A DNA stretch of 13,854 nt, from NCBI GenBank assembly GCA_013416795.1, contig RQSC01000904.1, positions 1-13,854 of the forward strand, in the 5' to 3' direction. Under the pieces are notes generated by a model. It did no database searches. It saw only the letters and a list, made by a program, of their open reading frames with translations, and was not told where the DNA came from. How positions within the stretch are numbered: the stretch's first letter is position 1; each line of letters opens with the position of its first letter. The DNA is from Prasinococcaceae sp. CCMP 1430 (lineage: Eukaryota > Plantae > Prasinodermophyta). The position numbers and the translations under genes are program-made. Shown here one piece after another: positions 8,299 to 13,854 of the stretch.

Positions 8299-9881
8299 TC
8301 AGCGCCTCTTCTGCAGCTTCTCCATCTTCTTGACGGCAATGCCCGACGCCAGCTCGAGCATGATCTCCTCGCTGCCGCCGGGGATGGCCAGCGAGCGCAC
8401 CTCGCGGTAGATGCGCTCGACCTTCTCGCCCTGCCCGCCGCGCACGTACGACGCGCCCCCGAAGATCTGCGCGGCCTCACGCGCCACGTGCTCCAGCATC
8501 TTGGTGGACTGCACCTTGAGTAGCGCGGTGTCGCCGCCAATCGCCGCCATCTCCTCCTGCAGGTCGGCCCCGCGGTCGTGGAGCACGTTCATCTCGTAGA
8601 CCAGGGCCTCCATGTGCGCCTGGCAGGCCTCGATCTGGCGCGCCATCTCGGCCAGCTTGTGGCGGATGACCTGGTGGTCCACGAGGCGCTTGCCGAAGGT
8701 GCGCCGCTTCATGGCGTACTTGAACGACTCCTCCAGGCAGACGCGCGCGAAGCGCACCGCCTGGAAGATGATGCCCAGGCGCTCGTGGTTGAAGTTGGAC
8801 ATGATGCACATGAAGCCGCCGTTCTGCGAGGGGGCGGAGGGGGTCGAAGGATTTTGCGGGCGATGAGGGGTTTGGGGGAAAGGCGTGTGGGTGTTTGTGA
8901 GGGATGGGTGGGTGGGTGGGGGGTGGGGGGTGAGGGGGGACGGAGCGGCGGAGAAGGGCGAGTGTGCGGGGGGACCGCGGCGCCGTCAGCGCATGCGGGG
9001 CCGGGAGCGCTGCGGGGAGCGACAACGGAAGCAGGCTCCCCGCTCACCTCTGGGCCGATGAGATTCTCGTAGGGCACCTTGACGTTGTCGAACTCGACGT
9101 AGGTGGTGCCGCTCGCCCACACGCCCATGCAGTCCATCTTCTTGCACGTGACGCCCGGCATGTTCCTCTCGACGAGCAGGAGGCTGACGCCCCACATGCC
9201 CGGCCCGCCGGTCCGCGCGGCGACCACGATGTAGTCGGCGAAGATGGCGTTGGTGATCCACTTCTTGGAGCCGTTGAGCACGTAGCACTTGTTGGCGTCG
9301 TCCTTGTCGGCGCTCGTGCGCAGGTTGGCCACGTCCGAGCCTCCCATGGGCTCGGTGATGGCCAGGCAGATGACGGCCTCGCCCGCGAGCACGCGCGGCG
9401 CCACGCGCGCCTTCATCTCCTCCGAGCCGAAGCGCAGCACCGGCGGCAGGCCGATGCCCATGCCGCCCACGATGCCCCACACGACGCCGCCGCTGCCGGC
9501 GCGCGAGAGCTCGTCCACGGCGATGAGCGTGTGGAAGCCGTCCCAGCCGGGCGGCTCCATGCGCGCGGGCACGTAGCCCGTGGGGAACGCGCCGCAGAAG
9601 CCGGGCAGCACGCCGGCCGCCCCCATCTTCCTGTAGAGCTCTTTGGGGATCTCCCTGTTCTCGTCCCACTCGTGCGCGTGCGGCGCGATGTGCTCCTCGA
9701 CGAAGGCCCTCACCTTGGCGCGCCACGCGGCGTGCGACTCGTTGTAGTACGGGCTGGGCCGGCCCGTGTACCACGCGGGGTCGCCGTACGGCACCCCCTC
9801 GCCGAAGGCGGCGAGCGCCGCCGCCGTGGGCGTCGCCTCGGGCGCGGGAGCGACCGCGGCCGCGGGGGCGCCGGTCGCCAT
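8299..9881 (-). CDS. Acyl-CoA dehydrogenase, 2 exons (9881-9048, 8823-8299), 452 aa
   Basis: Motifs CLAITEPMGGSDVA, LNGSKKWITNA, NFNHER, R.TFGK.L..HQVI.HKLAEM, AAQIFGG..Y, IPGGSEEIM. Intron 9047-8824 (GTGAGC...TCGCAG) joins ENLIGPE|NGGFMCIM in frame. The Glu in NHER and the Gly at the MCAD Glu position (IPGGS) suggest an LCAD/IVD-type catalytic arrangement. Confidence 0.95.
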
Positions 9882-9892
9882 GCCGCCGGGGA

Positions 9893-9918
9893 TGTGTGTG
9901 TGTGTGTGTGTGTGTGTG
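9893..9918. repeat. (TG)n microsatellite just upstream of the acyl-CoA dehydrogenase ATG
   Basis: Uninterrupted tgtgtg run seen directly, about 11 nt 5' of the start codon on the minus strand. Confidence 0.9.
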
Positions 9919-10175
9919 GTGGTGGGTGTGTGGGTTGGGGGGTTGGGGGGGGGAAGGAGGGTGCGGGCGCGCTCCTCCTTCTCACCTGCGGGCTCGCTCG
10001 GGAGCGCGCGGTGGTGGTGTGGGCCTTCGGGCCCGGATCTCAAGCGCCAAGCGGCGAAGGCTGCGCTCGCTCAGGCATCCCAGGCGGTACTCGCACCGCC
10101 GCGCCGGCCCACCCGCTCCAGCGGGGCGAGGCGCGCGCGGGACGGGCCGCTTCGGGTTTCCTCGTTTCAGGTTAA

Positions 10176-10760
10176 GACCTTACTAGGGTCTATATTTTGA
10201 TGGTCGAAACGCACCACCCGTCCCGTTCCGGAACGAAAAAAAAAAATCCCTGCGCGCACATCAAACCGCACTCGGCCGCGCCCGCGCGCGCGCGCAAAAA
10301 AATCTGCGCGCGCGCCGGCGCTGAGCTGGCGCCCGCCCTGGCCTTCGCCCGCGCGATCGTCCGGCTCGGATTCGGACTCGTCGCGCGAAACGCGAAACGC
10401 GCGCGCGAGCCGCGTGCGTTTCGATAGGGCGGGATTCGGATTCGACGTATTGCGCGCGCGGAAAGCGCGCGGCCGTCGATTGGTGCGTCTGCACTCCGTG
10501 CCGCGCACAACGAAGAGCGGATGGTAAAAGTCGACTCTTCCTTCCGTTTTGATATGCGGCACCTTTACTTTGTATTGAATGTTTGGTTCGTTTTGATGCA
10601 GGCTTCCTGTACTTACAGCACTGCTCCGTGCACCGCACCAGGCGGATGGCGGGACGGAGTCGTTCCAGCTTCCCCCCCCGCTGGCTTTCCCCTCCGCATG
10701 CAAAGTGATGGGGGGCGGCGGATTCCTGTGGCCTACTGGAGTTTTCATTGGAGGGTACCA
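10176..10760. mobile_element. Putative 585-bp non-autonomous insertion with asymmetric ends, flanked by GTTAA direct repeats
   Basis: GTTAA at 10171-10175 and 10761-10765. Ends GACCTTACTAGGG... and ...TTCATTGGAGGGTACCA are shared with 648-720. Internal palindrome CGTTCCGGAACG (10224-10235), two A-tract/TGCGCGC units and an AT-rich core (~10520-10620). No credible ORF. Confidence 0.5.
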
Positions 10761-11219
10761 GTTAAAATCGCCAATGCATCAAATCCTGTCAAGAAGCAGA
10801 CGAGCGCGCCCGTCCCCGCGCGATGGGGCACCCCCCGCGCGCGGGGGGGGCTGACATGCCTAGCTACCTGGTTATGCTAGCCCCTCGTAGCGCGCGCCCG
10901 CGCCCACGGGCGCGAGGTCCCGCGCGCCGTGGTGCCGACAGCGCGTGGCGCCGGCAGCCGCTCGCGGGCGAAAACGCATCGGGCTTGTCAAGAACCCACC
11001 TCAGGCTGCAGCGCGCCGCCGAAGAAAGTGTGCGTGCCTGCCTGGCTGGGATCGTTTGTGCCTGGGATCAAATCTGCCTCTTCCGCTTTTCAGGGTTCGC
11101 GCGCGCGGAGCGGCGGCGCGGCGCGCCGGGGCGGCCACGCGCCGCTCTTTCATCGTGGCCGCCGCTGCGTTGTGGTGTGGCCGTGTGGTGTGGTGTGGGG
11201 TCGTGTCGTGCAGTCGGCA

Positions 11220-11657
11220 TCGCGCGTTCCCCTCGCGCGTTCGTCCTCGCGCCGGCGACAATCTGACCGACTCGGCCCCGGGGGAACGCCGGCGCGCGCG
11301 GTGGAAACAGCGGGTGCGGTTTGATGGCGCGCGCCAGACGCTTCCGCGAAGGGGCCCTCTCGCCGCGCTCGCACGCGCGCACGCCCCCGAACCGATTGTT
11401 CGCGGGAGGAGATTTCGGCGGCGCGCGGCGCGGCGAGCCGCCCAGGGGGAATGCGGGTGCATGTGGACGCGCCGACGACGCCGCGGAACGGAGCGCGAGC
11501 AAAAGCGGAAAACGAGCGAGCGCGCGCGCGCGGTGTGCGCGGGGGGTGGCGTGGGTGGGAGGGTGGGGGTGTGCGGCGCGCACGGCCTGGGCGCCACAAC
11601 AGTCCACCGCAACAGTCCATGTTCGCGCCGACGCCATGAGCGAGCCCGTGGTCGCGA
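11220..11657 (+). repeat. Tandem duplication, copy 1 (upstream region plus first 7 codons of the GRDP-like gene)
   Basis: Colinear with 11721-12158 at ~500-bp period, with scattered substitutions and small indels. Shared blocks include ACCGACTCGGCCCCGGGGGAACGCCGGCGCGCG, AAACAGCGGGTGCGGTTTGATGG and CAACAGTCCACCGCAACAGTCCATGTTCGCGCCGACGCCATGAGCGAGCCCGTGGTCGCG. Confidence 0.95.
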
Positions 11658-11720
11658 TGGGCGCGCTCGTCCGTCCTGCGCCGCGCGCGCGCGCGCGCCG
11701 GTCGAACGGCTGCCCGTTCC

Positions 11721-12158
11721 TCGCGCGTTCGTCCTCGCGCGTTCGTCCACGCGCCGCGAATCTAACCGACTCGGCCCCGGGGGAACGCCGGCGCGCGTTG
11801 TGCAAACAGCGGGTGCGGTTTGATGGGGCGCCAGAAGCTTCCGCGAAGGGGCCCTCTCCGCGCCGCACGCGGCGTGCGCGCGCTCGCCTCTAACCAATTG
11901 TTCGCGGAAGGAAATTTCGGCTGCGCGCGGTGCGGCAAGCCGCCCAGGGGGAATGCGGGTGAATGTGGACGCGCCGACGACGCCGCGGAACGAAGCGCGG
12001 GCAAAAGCGGAAAACGAGCAAGCGCGCGCGCGCGCTGTGCGCGGGGGGTGGCGTGGGTGGGAGCGTGGGGGTGTGCGGCGCGCGCGGCCTGGGCGCCACA
12101 ACAGTCCACCGCAACAGTCCATGTTCGCGCCGACGCCATGAGCGAGCCCGTGGTCGCG
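11721..12158 (+). repeat. Tandem duplication, copy 2 (leads into the intact GRDP-like CDS)
   Basis: See copy 1. Its ATG at 12138 opens the long reading frame. Confidence 0.95.
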
Positions 12159-13854
12159 CCGATGGCGGCGCTCCGCTTCGCTGAGCACAAGGCCTTTCTG
12201 CGCCTCGTCCACTCGGCGGCGGGGGGCGGCGACGAGCTCTACCTTGGTCGCGCGCTGCCGGGCGCCATCGAGCGCTATCTTGAGTTCTGGCTGCCGCTGG
12301 TCGCCCGCGAGGGCGGCGGCGAGGGCGGCGAACGTCTCATCCCGCCCGTCGATGTCGCGTGGGTGTGGCACCTCCACCGTCTGGCGCCGCGCCGCTACGC
12401 CGCCTACTGCACCGAGCGCTTCGGGCGCGTGCTCGACCCCACAACGGCGGCGTTCCAGGCGCAGAGCGAAGCGGCGGAGGCCGACGCGGCGAGCGCCGAG
12501 GGCGAGACGCGGCGGCTGTGGCAGCACCACTTTGGCGACGTGGCCTTCTTCCAGCCGCGTGGCGAGGCTGACGGCCGCCCGGCCGAGTGGGGCCCGCGCG
12601 ACCCGCTCTCCCACCAGACAACGGTCGCACCGGAAGTCAGGGAGGCGTGCGCACGGGTGCGCAGTGCGCACGGGTGGGACTACGAGGTGGAGACATGCTC
12701 CGCGCGGCAGCGCACCTTCCTCTGGCAAGTCTCTCGGCCCGGGTGCGCCGACGCCGCCGCCATGAGCACGCGCTACCTCCGCTTCCTCGGTCTAATGAGG
12801 GCGCATGGCTACTCGGAGCACTTCTTCGTGCCGTCGTACGACATCGACTTTGCGTGGCACACGCACATGCTCACGAGCACGAGTGACTACCTGCGCGAGA
12901 CGGAGCTGCTCGCGAACGCCCCCGGTGGCGTCGATCATGATGACTCCGTCAACCAGCGCCACGAGGACTCTAAGCTTCACCGGGGGTGGGCCGACACCAA
13001 GGCGATGTGGGCGCTCGATCACTCTGGCGCGTCCGATCCGATCGACAAAGCGGGCGTCACCTACCGCGGCGAGCCGCCCGACTGGTGGTTCCAGACGGAC
13101 GGCGCGGAGGTCTTCCGCGTGCGCGACGGCTTCCTGTCGGCGTCCGAGGTCGCGTCGGCACTCGAGCGGCTGCGGAACGAGGCCAACATCCGCGGCCGTG
13201 CCCACAGCGGGCTGGACATGGTGTGCCAGGTGAGCGGCGATGTGATGCGCCGGCTGCAGGAGCAACTCGACGCGGAGGAGCACTCACCTGCGGGGCACGA
13301 GTGGGCCGACCTTGAGGCCGAGCCACCCGCACGGGCGGCGGCGGTGGAGCCGGCGGTGGATCTGGACGACGAGGCAGCAGCGGCGGAGCACGAGCTGGTG
13401 GAGGTGCCTGCGCGCGTGTGCCCCGCCTCGAAGAGCGTGCCTGTGCACAAGGACAAGCCGGACGGGCGTGGCGCGTGGCTCGACAGGTGGATCAGCGTCG
13501 TCTACCTCACACGCCAGCCAGCCAGCACGCTCGTCCTGGTCGACGATCTCACCGGCACCGAGTACAAGGTCGCCATCGAGCCGGGACGCCTCTGCTGCTG
13601 GCCGAATGCCCGATTCTCGCACCGCGTCGATGTGGACCCCGCGGCGAGAGCGACGGCGATGACGGATCCAACGGCGGTGGCGCAGGCCGCTGATCTTGCG
13701 AGCTACCGTTGCATGCTCGGCCCCATGGCCTTCCTCCAGCCCGCCGGAGCCGACTCGGGCGGCGAAGAGCTCATGCGCATGGGCGGCGGCTGTGGTGGCG
13801 GCGGCTGCGGCGGCGGCGGCTGCGGTGGCGGTGCCTGCGGCGGCGGCGGCTGCG
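12138..13854 (+). CDS. Glycine-rich domain protein (GRDP1/DUF1399-like) fused to a 2OG-Fe(II) dioxygenase-like domain, with a Gly/Cys tail; 3' end beyond the window
   Basis: Open frame from ATG 12138 to the window end; absent from the ORF track because it has no stop. Two DUF1399-type repeats: AIERYLEFWLPLV...LIPPVDVAWVWHLHRLAPRRYAAYCTERFGRVLD and RQRTFLWQV...RYLRFL...FFVPSYDIDFAWHTHML...DHDDSVNQR..SKL..GW.DT..MW...GVTYRGEPP. Then FRVRDGFLSASE...VPVHKD...SVVYL...IEPGRLCCWPNARFSHRV...YRCMLG, then GGGCGGGGCGGGGCGGGACGGGGC. Confidence 0.88.
   Translation, partial: MSEPVVAPMAALRFAEHKAFLRLVHSAAGGGDELYLGRALPGAIERYLEFWLPLVAREGGGEGGERLIPPVDVAWVWHLHRLAPRRYAAYCTERFGRVLDPTTAAFQAQSEAAEADAASAEGETRRLWQHHFGDVAFFQPRGEADGRPAEWGPRDPLSHQTTVAPEVREACARVRSAHGWDYEVETCSARQRTFLWQVSRPGCADAAAMSTRYLRFLGLMRAHGYSEHFFVPSYDIDFAWHTHMLTSTSDYLRETELLANAPGGVDHDDSVNQRHEDSKLHRGWADTKAMWALDHSGASDPIDKAGVTYRGEPPDWWFQTDGAEVFRVRDGFLSASEVASALERLRNEANIRGRAHSGLDMVCQVSGDVMRRLQEQLDAEEHSPAGHEWADLEAEPPARAAAVEPAVDLDDEAAAAEHELVEVPARVCPASKSVPVHKDKPDGRGAWLDRWISVVYLTRQPASTLVLVDDLTGTEYKVAIEPGRLCCWPNARFSHRVDVDPAARATAMTDPTAVAQAADLASYRCMLGPMAFLQPAGADSGGEELMRMGGGCGGGGCGGGGCGGGACGGGGC
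13782..13854 (+). repeat. Coding (GGC)n-TGC repeat encoding the (GGGGC)n tail
   Basis: 15-bp-period GGCGGCGGCGGCTGC-like units, in frame with the GRDP-like CDS. Confidence 0.9.

Noticed and set aside
9882-10080. Possible upstream exon (CAG|GTGAGA at 9985) or N-terminal cytochrome b5 domain for the dehydrogenase
   Set aside because: There is no usable AG acceptor before ATG 9881, the upstream ATG frame hits TGA, and no HPGG heme motif is visible.
10171-10765. piggyBac/Kolobok assignment from the flanking TTAA
   Set aside because: The ends are not inverted repeats and lack CCC/GGG or RR/YY termini.
10167-10880. ORFs of 193, 125 and 119 aa inside the putative element as a transposase
   Set aside because: No DDE, HUH, recombinase or RuvC motifs and no gene-like codon bias.
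11220-12158. LTR pair or CRISPR-like array
   Set aside because: No TG...CA termini, PBS or internal region, and only ~60 bp separates the copies. No short repeat-spacer pattern occurs anywhere in the window.
11001-12728. 575-aa minus-strand ORF with an internal repeat
   Set aside because: It is the antisense of the GRDP-like CDS plus the duplicated promoter; Arg/Ala/Pro-rich and without motifs.

Overview
GC-rich, intron-containing eukaryotic DNA with GT-AG introns, CTGAC branch points and a Pol III tRNA gene. It looks microalgal, possibly haptophyte, but that is inference only. There is an 884-nt N gap (1882-2765) and a single-N join at 3471. Left to right: the 5' part of a small hydrophobic gene (-); an AT-shifted, degenerate 0.9-kb island; a Snapin/Pallidin-like gene (-); a spliced PQBP1 homologue (+); an SPFH/Band-7 gene (-); tRNA-Ser(AGA) (-); a small secreted Tyr/His/Glu-rich protein gene (-); a second SPFH gene (+); a two-exon acyl-CoA dehydrogenase (-); a 585-bp putative insertion flanked by GTTAA; a ~500-bp-period tandem duplication of a promoter plus start codon; and a GRDP/DUF1399-type gene running off the window (+). 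Four observations stand out. (1) The GRDP-like protein has a 2OG-Fe(II) dioxygenase-like domain placed directly before its Gly/Cys tail. (2) Two opposite-strand genes have start codons overlapping in one CCATGG palindrome. (3) Two segments (73 bp and 585 bp) share the same pair of non-inverted terminal motifs, suggesting an unclassified non-autonomous element family. (4) Two diverged SPFH paralogues are clustered divergently. Most long ORFs in the track are GC-rich or antisense artefacts.
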